From Puccinia triticina (lineage: Eukaryota), in assembly GCA_026914245.1 (NCBI GenBank), contig CP110439.1, positions 1,612,001 through 1,676,000 on the forward strand: DNA of 64,000 nucleotides. The letters are read 5' to 3'. Each line of letters starts with the position of its first letter. The stretch's first letter is position 1. Shown in pieces: positions 1-10,044 of this stretch. Position numbers and translations under genes: made by a program. The notes under the pieces were generated by a model. That model worked only from the letters and a program-made list of their open reading frames with translations, was not told where the DNA came from and did no database searches.

Positions 1-1248
1 AAGCAACCCTCCCCCACCCAGCACCACTTCGCCCGCCAATCGCCGCCGCCGGCCGAGCGTGCCGCGCCCAAGTCGATCTATGACAACACCCACAGCTTCC
101 TCGCCTTCGACGACCCGGCCCTGCCCACCGACGGCTCCCCGCGCCCCACGCCCTCCCGCCAAAAACTGCCGCCGCCCACCGCGCTCCTCCCGCCGGGCGA
201 CCCTCCAGGACGGGCGTTCTATGGCCGCGCAGAAGACAAGGACCAGGGCCCGCCAGGCGGCGCTTCCCCAGCCGCTGCCGGCCGCAGGATCGTCAGCGAC
301 AGACACCGCCAGGCTCTCTCGCTCATCGAGGCGCAGGCCAAGCACCAGGCGCTGGTCGAGCAGATCGACGCCCAGCTGTCGTCGCCCATCAAGCTCGACC
401 CGCACGCCTTCGGGCCCACAGCCACCACCACGCTCCCGGGCCTGTCCCTGGAAGTCCTGGCTCGGCCGGAGCCTTCGGGGGCCCGATACACGCGCGCAGC
501 GCCCGAGGACGGCTGCTGCTCGACGGCCAGCTCGCCCGAGAGCGACCCGGCCAACCTAACCCACTCCTCGAGCACCACCGGCTCCTCCGCCACCGACTCC
601 TCCCTCGACCACCCCACCGCCCTCTTGCTCCCCGGGCTCTGGAGCAACAAGCGCAGCTCGTCCGTCGCCATCGAGGCCAACCTCAAGCAGCTCGAACAGG
701 CCCTCGTCTCCCTCTCCCCGCGCGCCCTGCGCCCCGGCTTCCACGCCCTGCCCTCGCCCTTCCCCGCCGTAGCGGCTGCTGCGCCCGCCGCCACCCCGTC
801 GCCCGACGAGCTGTCCCAGAGCGCACCGGCCAGTGCCGCCTCCGCCGACCTTCCGCGCCCAGGGGTCGCCGCCTTCTTCGACAGCCTCCAGGAGTCCTTC
901 AACCCCCGCGTCCCGCCCCCGCCCTCGCCCCCGACGGAGACGCCGGTGGGCCTGACGGCCGGGTACGCCCGCGACGACCGTCGCGAGGCCCGCGCGCCCT
1001 CCTCGCCCCTCCCCTGCTCGCCCATCTCCACCCCGCCCGTCATCGGCCGCGCTAACTCGACCACTAAGCTCCTGCCCCCCCGCTCCTCCTCCTTCTTCCG
1101 CAAACACCATCCCTCGCCCTCCGCCTCCGCAGCCGTCCCCGCCCCCGCGTCGTCCACCCCCGACGGCTTCGTCTCCAAGGCTGCATCCATCGTCGGCAAG
1201 CTGCGCGCCGGCGCAACGCCGCGTCGCCGGCCCATCCACGACAACTGA
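1..1248 (+). CDS. 3' part of a GC-rich, Pro/Ser/Ala-rich hypothetical protein; start lies upstream of the window
   Basis: Frame 1 is open from base 1 (KQPSPTQHHFARQ...) to TGA at 1246-1248, with strong C/G-ending codon bias. A pyrimidine-rich 3'UTR-like tract follows. No domain recognised. Confidence 0.7.
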   Translation, partial: KQPSPTQHHFARQSPPPAERAAPKSIYDNTHSFLAFDDPALPTDGSPRPTPSRQKLPPPTALLPPGDPPGRAFYGRAEDKDQGPPGGASPAAAGRRIVSDRHRQALSLIEAQAKHQALVEQIDAQLSSPIKLDPHAFGPTATTTLPGLSLEVLARPEPSGARYTRAAPEDGCCSTASSPESDPANLTHSSSTTGSSATDSSLDHPTALLLPGLWSNKRSSSVAIEANLKQLEQALVSLSPRALRPGFHALPSPFPAVAAAAPAATPSPDELSQSAPASAASADLPRPGVAAFFDSLQESFNPRVPPPPSPPTETPVGLTAGYARDDRREARAPSSPLPCSPISTPPVIGRANSTTKLLPPRSSSFFRKHHPSPSASAAVPAPASSTPDGFVSKAASIVGKLRAGATPRRRPIHDN

Positions 1249-2068
1249 CCTGCCGTATAGCCCCTTCCTCTCTTTCTTGCGACGTATATAGATGGCTTGC
1301 TCTTCTTGCATCCCCTGTTGTATTGCTCTTATCGTTATCCTTCTTGCACTTCTGGTTCAGGCGTCTCGTCTTTATCTTTATCGCCTCTCTCTCTTTGTGT
1401 GTGTGTTTGTGTTGTTGATGAAGCAAGTAAGTTATATCCCGCGCCCATGACCAGGGCGGGCCGCCGGGCGAGGATCCAGCCGATGCGAATCCGCGGCCGA
1501 CCGGCGGTCTGCGGTGCACCCGGTAGAGAAAGTTGTGTTAACAGCAGCATGTTGGCTCAGAGTGGTGCCAATATTGGATGGCGTGGGAGGCGATCTCTCC
1601 AGGATTTTGGCGCACTTTGACAGGAAAGATAAATATGTATCTTCGAGATTTGCGAACTTAGTCAGTCCTCTCTTCTGAGTTGGCACGCCCCTCGCGCGAA
1701 GCGCGAGCCTCCGAAGGAGGGACTTGGGAGTAAGCCGGGAAATTAGGCGTGAGCGCTGAGGACCACCTCCACCCATTTGGCTGGTGTCAAACTTCAACAC
1801 CACACTAAATTTGCCTCCTGCGGGCCAATCAGGCCGCCCTGGTGCCAGATTGAAGGCCTGCATCTCGCCTTCAATCCTACATAGATCACATGTCATTAAC
1901 TCAAACGGTCTTGAAGTTACAAAGCTTGTAACATCATCTTACCAAGATTCTTGGATTGTCCGTACATTTACCAACACCTCACCACCCTTTACACACACAC
2001 CCCCGAAACAGCCCTCAAACACACACCCATCAACCAGAATCCCTCCTACTCACCCCCTCCTCGGGCCT

Positions 2069-3331
2069 ATGGCCCCTCCGCCCCCACCTCACCCCCCCAA
2101 TCGACCCAGTGGCGCGCCTGACGCGATCATGGACGATATGGAGCTCGCCGACGCGTCTACAACGCGTCTTCCTGCCAAACCAACTAGCGAACCACCCCCC
2201 TCGGTCCTCCTCGCGTACTTGGAAAACTTCATTGCAAATCCCAACAACCGCTCGCCTCAAGGAGAGGTAATCGTCGACCCGAGCTCGCTCGGAGCTATCC
2301 TTGTTATGATGGACGCGGAGTCGACGCGTCTGAAGGAACTGAACCGCCAGATGAGTCAAATGGCGAAAATGGTGGAAACCTTTGATGCACGCCTCAAAGC
2401 TCTCGAAGGCGGACACGTGTCGTCCCCGGACCCCAAGACCCAACCAGCGAAAAAGTCGTACGCAACGGCGACCGGTCCGTCGGCGGCCCCCAGAATTCCA
2501 TTAATCGTCCCCCCTCCAAAGACTATCCTCAAATCACTGAAGCCTGGAAAAGCCATCATACACTCAGTCCCAGACAAGTCAGAAGTTCAGAACCTTGCTC
2601 GAGGGTTCCTGGTCCAACGCGCGAACGAAGTACTCGAGAAACTAGACGCTCAAGTAGAAGGAGAACGAATCGCCATCAGAGCAGCGCAGGTCCTCAAATC
2701 TGGCGACGTTTGTTTTTTCTCAAAGAACAAAGCCCACCAGAAGTGGCTCATGGAGAACAAGCACACCTGATCGAAACAAGTCCACCCTGATCTTGAAGCC
2801 ACACCTAGCACTTTCTCCGTAATCGCGCACGGCATTCCGAAAGACTTCAATCCATTAGCAGCCTCGGCCATTACCCGACTATCAGTTGAGAATAACTTCC
2901 CGGAAGGCGATCTGGTCCGAATTAAATGGCTAGCGGACAACTCTGCAACTCCCAAGCAGGCCGGATCAATCGTCCTGGCCTTCAATAACAAGGAACTAGC
3001 CGCTCGAGTTGAAAAATCCGGGTTATTTCTCAACTATGACTACCACCGAACAGCTAAATTCAAGCCCCGACCCCCCCAGTGCTTCAAATGCCTCAAGATG
3101 GGCCATTTTGGTCAATGGTGCCGAGAGAAGGCCAAATGCGGTAAGTGTGGCGATGAACATGTTACCAAGGATTGTCCCGAAGGGATTGGAGGTATAAAAT
3201 CGTGTGTCCTCTGCAAAGAAGGACTTAAGATGAAAGTGGAAGGGATTGATTCAATCGAACATACACCGTTCAATGCCACATGTTTTTTCAAGAAAACGTG
3301 GCTCGAGAAGAAGCATATCAGGTCTCAATGA
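2069..3331 (+). pseudogene. LINE ORF1 (gag-like) with a single in-frame stop
   Basis: ATG at 2069. The frame continues past TGA at 2768-2770 (KHT*SKQVHPDL) to the zinc knuckles CFKCLKMGHFGQWC, CGKCGDEHVTKDC and CVLC...H...C. Stop at 3329-3331. Confidence 0.85.
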
Positions 3332-6300
3332 TAGTACAACCTCAAGAACCCACCATTTCACATTCCTCTTTCTCCCCCGTCCCCCCTCTCTCCTCCCTTT
3401 CCCCCCCCAGTTTAAGCCTACCTCTTGTTGATAGATCTGTACCGGGTGCAATGAATAACACCTCTGAAAGCAATCGACATCCAGTCAACCAAGAGTTGAA
3501 GATTTTGCAGTTGAACTGTCATGTTTCCCGTGAAATCACGCTAAGTATCCTAAATCAGTCGTCTAATTTCACTTTTCTGATATTACAAGAACCCTGGATT
3601 AACTCTCTTACTCTTTCCCCCCCTGAGCATCAGGATTGGAAAGTCTTTACAGCTTTTGAACATCGACCAACCACCTGGAAGGACCGCCACAGGACTTGTA
3701 TATATGTAAAGTGCTGGATCCCGTCCTGTGACATTAATCAGCTGAGTGATGGCGGCCAATTCCTTTTAGGCCTAGATATTTCTCTCCCAGCTAATAAGAC
3801 AATCAGATTGATCAATGTGTATAATACTCCTAAAACCTTCCCAGCGCTAGATATCCTTCGGCACTGGCTTGTGGCACACAACTCTCGTACAACCCCTACG
3901 GTCATCTGCATGGATGCCAATCTGCACCACCCTCACTGGAACCCGCCTGGAATACGATCTAATCACCGTCGGGCGCGCGACCTTCTCGACATTGTTGGAA
4001 GCCATGGTTTCCGCTTAGCCTCCCCTAAGCACATCCCTACATTTTACTCTTCTAAAGGGGTCGGATACACAATTGATTTGACCTGGGCCAATTTCTTAGC
4101 TTCTCGGCTCATTATTGCTACTGAGGTGACCTTAGAAAACCACGGATCCGACCATCAGGCAATTGTCCTTCGACTCAACCTTCAAAAACCGCCAAGAGAG
4201 ATACGGAAGACCAAACCTAACTGGGCAGCCATCGATTCTCAGAAAGCATGCGCGAGAATGGAGGAACTGGCTGACAATTGCTTTGCGACAGACGATAGCT
4301 CCTTAGAGGAGCGGGTCAAAGCGATCACTGCAATGGTTGTGGAAGCCCAAGACAGTTTTGGACGGCCGGTCTCGAAGAATGGAACCAGAGCTAAGTCATG
4401 GTGGTGCAAATCCACCTTGGACCCCATCATCGCAACCAGAAACAGAGCAAGACAGTGGCTGATATTAACTAAAAGTGCCGAAGCGGCTGAGTGCTACAGA
4501 CAGTGGAACAACTATTTTAGGGACACCATCCGCGTCCTCAAGAGAAATGCCTGGTGGCGTTTCCTAGACGACCCGTCGGACGAGGCGGTCTACAAGGCCC
4601 TTAGGTTCACCAAGAAGACCTCCGCGCAGACCATTCTTCCCTTGAAGAGGCATGATGGTACAATTACTACCGATAAACTCGAGCAAGCTGAGTTACTATT
4701 CACTGGCACATCGGTTATCCAGGCTCCCATTGACCTGTCTGATGTCCCCATCAGACATCCCTGCAGAATTGTCTGTTACCCCAAAACCAGCGCCGATGAA
4801 GTCCTTGAGGCGATTAGGAAGATTGCACCCAAGAAGGCCCCGGGCGTAGACGGTATTGCAAACGAAATGATCAAGTTGGGAGCTGAGTTCCTTGCTCCCA
4901 TCCTTTCTGATGTTTTTAATACCGCACTTGCTAGCAGTTCTTTCCCCGCCACCTGGAAATGTGCTGTCACGGCCATCATCCCCAAGGTGGGGAAAGATGA
5001 CTACACTGACCCTAATGCTTATCATCCCATCGCATTGCTGAGCGGTATGGGCAAGTTATTTGAGCTCATCATAGCTCGTCGACTGACGGAATGGGCGGAG
5101 AAGTTTGGAGTTTTGGCCGATGGACACCTCGGAGGCCGCAAAGGAGCGGGTACGGAAGACGCTCTGGTTCTTTTGGACACCTGGGTCCGTCGGAAATGGC
5201 AGGAGAAGAAATTTGTTGCTGGTTTATTTCTGGACGTCAAATCTGCCTACCCCTCTTTTCACCCGCGGAGGCTGATCCACTATCTCTCCCATTTGAACTG
5301 CCCGGCGTATCTAGTCGGAATCATCGAATCGTTCTTAGCTGCCCGCTGTACAACAATCAGAATGGATGACTATACATCCCTCCCATTTAACATTGAGATT
5401 GGACTCCCTCAGGGGTCACCTCTCTCTGTCATCCTTTATATTTTATACAATAACTCGTTGCTAATTAAGTCCTTTGGGTTATATGATGATGTCGTCTCGA
5501 TAGGCTACGTCGACGATGTGGTCCACCTGGTTGCCAACAAATCGGCGAATGACACGATCAGATTGCTAGGCAATCAGGGATCTCGCTCCCTACAATGGGG
5601 TTCAAAGTTTGGAGCCATCTTCGATAAGAAAAAGGCACAGTTCTTATGGCTGACCCGGAGGGCACACCCCTCTGATTCTCTCCCCTTTGGCGATCAAATT
5701 TTACTCCCCTGCCAGGAGGTTCGGTGGCTAGGAGTCCTCCTCGACACAAAACTGACGTACACGGCAATGTTTAATCTTTTAGAACGCAAGGCTTTGGCCA
5801 CATTTTCGCAACTCAAACCGCTGGGTAACTCGCGGTGGGGACTTCGAGAAAGGGACCGTGTCAGACTGATGAACGCGGTTCTTTTACCACGAGTATCTTA
5901 TGGGGCTCCAGTCTGGGCTACCATCTCTAACTCCGCCAAGCTGCAGCGACTAGCTAACAAAGTCAACAATCTTGCAGCTATTTACACTCTAGGCACCTTC
6001 AAATCCACCCCTACCCAATGGCACCGGGAGAGATCGGCGGTTGTGGATATTTCTTCAATGTGTAGAAGTGTAACGATTGGCTTCTTCACCCGGAAATTGA
6101 TTCGTCGGCGGTTCAATAGCAACATACAGGATATCCTGGTTGGGAGAGGTCTCTGCCGGGATGACTGGATTGGCAAACACATTCCTGATGCCCGACAGCA
6201 ACTCGACCAACTTGGTAAACTGAACCCGGAGAAGATACTCATTGTATACAACAACAGCTTGGAATCACACCCGACAACACCACCCATTAGAAATCTGGGC

Positions 6301-7200
6301 CTGTCAAAAGAGGCCGCCGTAAAGGCCACATCCAGCTTAGTTGACACCCTTCTTAATACTCCTGATTCTGTTGTCATCTATACTGACGGCTCGTACGACT
6401 TGACCAAGGGCGGAGCAGGTGCGGCCATCTGCCCCGACCTCAACTTGGCATTGTCCATGTCTTTAGGGGTAGACCCCCTCTTCTCAAATCATGAATGCGA
6501 GGCAGTCGGTTTACTTCTGGCATTCAGACTCGTCGAACAGGCTCTGCAAACACGGAGTTTTTCCAACGTGTTCATTCTCACGGATAACGTGGGGGTCCTA
6601 CAACGTTTAGGGAGCTGCGATGCGGCAAAACCGGGGCAGTATCTCTTCTATGAAATCTCAGACATCTGGCGCTCACTCCCCGCTGAATTGAATCTTCATT
6701 TGGTATGGTGCCCTGGGCATGGGGGGATCCGTGGCAATGAGGCTGCCGACCTCCTGGCCAAGGAAGCAACGAATAGGAACAAGTGCCCGGACCGACAACT
6801 CCACCACAATGCATCCAAACTCACTAGATATCTCAAATCTCAAATCGTGACACCCTCTCGGAAGGAGCTGAAGAAGAGGATTTCTGATCTCCCAATCTTG
6901 CAGTCGGCACTGATCAATCAACTTCGATCGGGCCATGCACCTCTCAACGCCTACCTTTTTAAAGTCAAACGAAGACTGGACCCCATCTGCCCCTTCTGCG
7001 AAGGCCGAGAAACTACCAATCACTTCCTCGACCTATGCCCGGAGTATCGACAACCTCGGAGAGAACTAATTCGGAAAGCCAGATCAAAGAAGCTCAAGGT
7101 TGACTCAAACAGACCCCACCTTTTACTCCATCTCCCAAAGGCGCATAGCCTGATTTTTGAATTCATCATAAAGACAGGCCGGTTTCAATTCTTGGATTGA
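3328..7200 (+). CDS. LINE ORF2: AP endonuclease, reverse transcriptase, RNase H, C-terminal zinc finger
   Basis: APE motifs ILQLNC, LQEPW, MDANLHHPHW, IDLTW, SDH. RT motifs PIALLS, LDVKSAY, GLPQGSPLS, YVDD. RNase H motifs YTDGS, TDN, WCPGHGGIRGNEAAD. Zinc finger CPFC..ETTNHFL..C. The ATG at 3328 overlaps the ORF1 stop. Confidence 0.93.
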   Translation: MIVQPQEPTISHSSFSPVPPLSSLSPPSLSLPLVDRSVPGAMNNTSESNRHPVNQELKILQLNCHVSREITLSILNQSSNFTFLILQEPWINSLTLSPPEHQDWKVFTAFEHRPTTWKDRHRTCIYVKCWIPSCDINQLSDGGQFLLGLDISLPANKTIRLINVYNTPKTFPALDILRHWLVAHNSRTTPTVICMDANLHHPHWNPPGIRSNHRRARDLLDIVGSHGFRLASPKHIPTFYSSKGVGYTIDLTWANFLASRLIIATEVTLENHGSDHQAIVLRLNLQKPPREIRKTKPNWAAIDSQKACARMEELADNCFATDDSSLEERVKAITAMVVEAQDSFGRPVSKNGTRAKSWWCKSTLDPIIATRNRARQWLILTKSAEAAECYRQWNNYFRDTIRVLKRNAWWRFLDDPSDEAVYKALRFTKKTSAQTILPLKRHDGTITTDKLEQAELLFTGTSVIQAPIDLSDVPIRHPCRIVCYPKTSADEVLEAIRKIAPKKAPGVDGIANEMIKLGAEFLAPILSDVFNTALASSSFPATWKCAVTAIIPKVGKDDYTDPNAYHPIALLSGMGKLFELIIARRLTEWAEKFGVLADGHLGGRKGAGTEDALVLLDTWVRRKWQEKKFVAGLFLDVKSAYPSFHPRRLIHYLSHLNCPAYLVGIIESFLAARCTTIRMDDYTSLPFNIEIGLPQGSPLSVILYILYNNSLLIKSFGLYDDVVSIGYVDDVVHLVANKSANDTIRLLGNQGSRSLQWGSKFGAIFDKKKAQFLWLTRRAHPSDSLPFGDQILLPCQEVRWLGVLLDTKLTYTAMFNLLERKALATFSQLKPLGNSRWGLRERDRVRLMNAVLLPRVSYGAPVWATISNSAKLQRLANKVNNLAAIYTLGTFKSTPTQWHRERSAVVDISSMCRSVTIGFFTRKLIRRRFNSNIQDILVGRGLCRDDWIGKHIPDARQQLDQLGKLNPEKILIVYNNSLESHPTTPPIRNLGLSKEAAVKATSSLVDTLLNTPDSVVIYTDGSYDLTKGGAGAAICPDLNLALSMSLGVDPLFSNHECEAVGLLLAFRLVEQALQTRSFSNVFILTDNVGVLQRLGSCDAAKPGQYLFYEISDIWRSLPAELNLHLVWCPGHGGIRGNEAADLLAKEATNRNKCPDRQLHHNASKLTRYLKSQIVTPSRKELKKRISDLPILQSALINQLRSGHAPLNAYLFKVKRRLDPICPFCEGRETTNHFLDLCPEYRQPRRELIRKARSKKLKVDSNRPHLLLHLPKAHSLIFEFIIKTGRFQFLD

Positions 7201-9187
7201 TCCTATGCACGCTCTTGTAGTTTCACTTTTTATGTACTTTCTCCTTTTCCTTTTTTTTTCTCTCTCTTTCTTCTTTCTTTCACCTCTCTCTGATTAGCTA
7301 TCCTGTTACCGCGTACTCTCCTGAATTTAACAAATCTCTTTATGTTAAATCCTCTTTCCCTCTTCCCTACTTGTAAGTAGCCAGATATTTGAAGATTCAT
7401 AGTGTGCAATGCTCAAGGCGAAATTACACTCAAAAAAAAAAAAAAAAAAGTACATAAGAGCTAAATACACATGCCAAAGTGTACAGTTATGGTGGCTTCT
7501 GTACTATGTTTTTGTTACGGTACAGGTAGGATACAGCAAGTTTATTGGATAGTGGAGCTGTGTACAGGAGTGAAAAAAAAACAAGAGTTTGACTTTTGGA
7601 AAACAGCTCATTGTGTTTTTTGAAAGGATGTCTAGCACTGCTCTGGCGGGATGGATAGATGATGAATGGATGGATGGCTGCGCAAGAAGCCAGGCTACAA
7701 GGCCGTGCTACTCATGACCCCGTATGTTGCGTGAAAAATGTGTAGGCATTGATTTAGTGGAATTTGGGTGCTGGCCAGGACTACGGTCTGTCAGCTCTCA
7801 CACCAGAATTCGCCGCTTGGGGGCAAGCCTCTCTGTGAGACAGAGACCCTGCGGGGCTCTCCTCCAGAGAGTCTTGGTTAAGCTTGACAGATTTGCTCCT
7901 CTTTCTTGTATTTAGGCAGCACAACGACTCCCAAACAGAGCTAGAGCGCCTGTAGCATATTGTGTTTTGTAGAATGCTTGGACGGATGGTCCTGTTGCTG
8001 TGCACAAATCATGGCATTCTGTAATTCCACTTTTTTTGTTTTTGCCTCGCATTGTGAAATAAAGATCATCATGATCATTTTGACTTTGGTACAGGCGGGC
8101 TCCGTATGGCAGAATGATGGAGATTAAACTGGGGCTGTGCCAGACAACCCCATAACTATAGCACTCAACTTCACTCTTGAAGTCCAACCATTAAGCAAAA
8201 CACAATATGCATGTAGCGGGTGAAAAACTTCACCTTGTAATCAGTTTTTTTGCTTCATGAAACCCCATCCTCCCACCTTGTAATGCCACTGCTGGGTCCA
8301 AGAGAAGCTCTCTGGTCAAAGGTGTAACGAACGCTGATTAAAATTATGGGTTTTGTTAGTTGTAATTGTGCTGAGTAATCTTTCATTTATGTAGATTACC
8401 TTTGATCGCACATCAGGACTTTTAATTCAGATAATGTAATGTGATCCACATGGCTATGACGTATGGTTCTCTTATGTCGTCATTGGGATTGTTATTCTCC
8501 TTGGTTGTTATCATTTCCTCTTTCCCAAAGTTTGTTTCCTCTCTTTCTCTCTTTTCTCATCGAGATATTCTTTGTCATTAAGATCTTCATACTATAAATC
8601 CAAGAAATTCAATCTCTATACTTTATAAACAAAAAGCTTATTATTAAAAGACAAATCAATCTACTATTCAAGCATCAGCAAGTTATCCTCTTGGATAAAC
8701 TTCACAGCCTATATATAGCTAACACTGCGCAAATCAATTTGTCAGACACGCCAGGCCGACAAGTGCTCGGACTGGAATTGCCCGACGAGTTCTGCAGTTT
8801 GGCACCGCCGGGCTGCTGAACTTGTTGGACCAAGTCGGTCTGATCACTCATCAGACTTGCTTGTCCGACGAGTTCCTTCATGTAGTGTAACTGAATAGTG
8901 CTGCTGCCTGCATGTTCAGTTTTCACCGTGCTTGACAGATTTCAGTGACAACTTCCTTTTTGAGTGCTGGTTCAATTGTTCCTTGTTTTTGCCATTGGAC
9001 ATTTTTTGATGTATCTATGGTGTTCAAAGTTGGTTTGCATAATTTTATGCATGCATAAATCATAAAATCATAAAAATATTTTGGTGAGGAAATTTTGTAT
9101 TACATAATCAGACAGTTGTATCCCATGCAAAAAAGATTTTATGACGGCACAGCACCGCGGCGGTCAGACAGAGCTATCTGCGCAAGT

Positions 9188-9790
9188 TCAAGGCTGATCC
9201 TGGCGAACGCCAAGGACCTGGCGGAGAACGGGAAGAGCTGGAAGGATGCGCTGAGCGAGGTGAACTATGTGGCCAGCTTTGTGGACTTCTTCGCCAAGGA
9301 GACCCTCCGGACAGACGGGATCATCGTCCCCAGCTCTACCCCTGCCGTTAGACATCTCGTCATCAAACAAACTATCAGCATCATCGCTGCTCTGTCCTTG
9401 GAACTTCCCAGGGGCTATGATCACCTGTAAGGTCGCGCCTGCTCTGGCCGCAGGCTGTTCAGTAATTGTAGGTTTTTTATTTTGCTTGCACAACACTTGT
9501 TGTGGCTGGGCTTATATCTATTCTTCTCTTACTTTTACATATATATGGGTGTGTGTGTAGGTTGCTTATTTTTTTTCTTACTCAGGTTGCTTATTTTTTT
9601 TGTATGTGTGTGTGTGTTAAAGCAATTGCAGAAACCCAAGTGACTGCATTGACCTTTGCCAAACTTGCTAACTAAGCCAGCTTTCCTGCTGGAGTTTTCA
9701 GCATCATTACTACTCAGTTGGCAACACCTGACATTGGCAAAGCATTCTGCGAGCACAAGGAGATCCGCAAACTTTCCCTTACAGGCTTGG
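9188..9790 (+). pseudogene. Succinate-semialdehyde dehydrogenase (aldehyde dehydrogenase family) gene fragment
   Basis: [24 protein letters not shown]...RHLVIKQ, frameshift to [25 protein letters not shown], an intron-like T-rich tract, then FPAGVFSII...IGKAFCEHKEIRKLSLTG. No N- or C-terminus. Confidence 0.8.
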
Positions 9791-10044
9791 TTAGTCCGCA
9801 GGTTGACAAGGTCTTGGCTAATGTAATAAGGTTATTAAACCCCAATGGAATTATAAAGCAAATTATATTTGGGGCTCTCATACATTTTAGCCAAAATAAC
9901 CATCATTGCAAGGCAAGGGTCTAAAACAACTCAACCTTCCATAATTTTGTGTCAGTTGTTTGGTCAACTGACCAAAGCTTAGTCAGATCACCCCAGATGT
10001 AAATTTAATTCCATGGCACAAACCCAGGGGTTTATTGATTCAGT

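Larger units (their letters stand above)
1430..7449 (+). mobile_element. Near full-length non-LTR retrotransposon (LINE, Tad1-like) with RNase H
   Basis: ORF1 with CCHC knuckles, ORF2 with APE-RT-RNaseH-zinc finger, T-rich 3'UTR and A18 tail at 7432-7449. The 5' boundary is inferred from a candidate TSD AAGTA (1425-1429 / 7448-7452). Confidence 0.9.

Noticed and set aside
219..1311. Long antisense and alternative-frame ORFs
   Set aside because: Shadows of the GC-rich plus-strand coding frame.
2768..2770. Programmed stop-codon read-through in LINE ORF1
   Set aside because: No recognised read-through context; a single TGG>TGA mutation is simpler.
7620..8190. Possible gene fragments in short ORFs
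   Set aside because: No recognisable motif or consistent exon structure.
8323..8706. Possible solo LTR (TGT...ACA, AT-rich, TATA-like motif)
   Set aside because: No matching TSD, PBS, PPT or second copy in the window.
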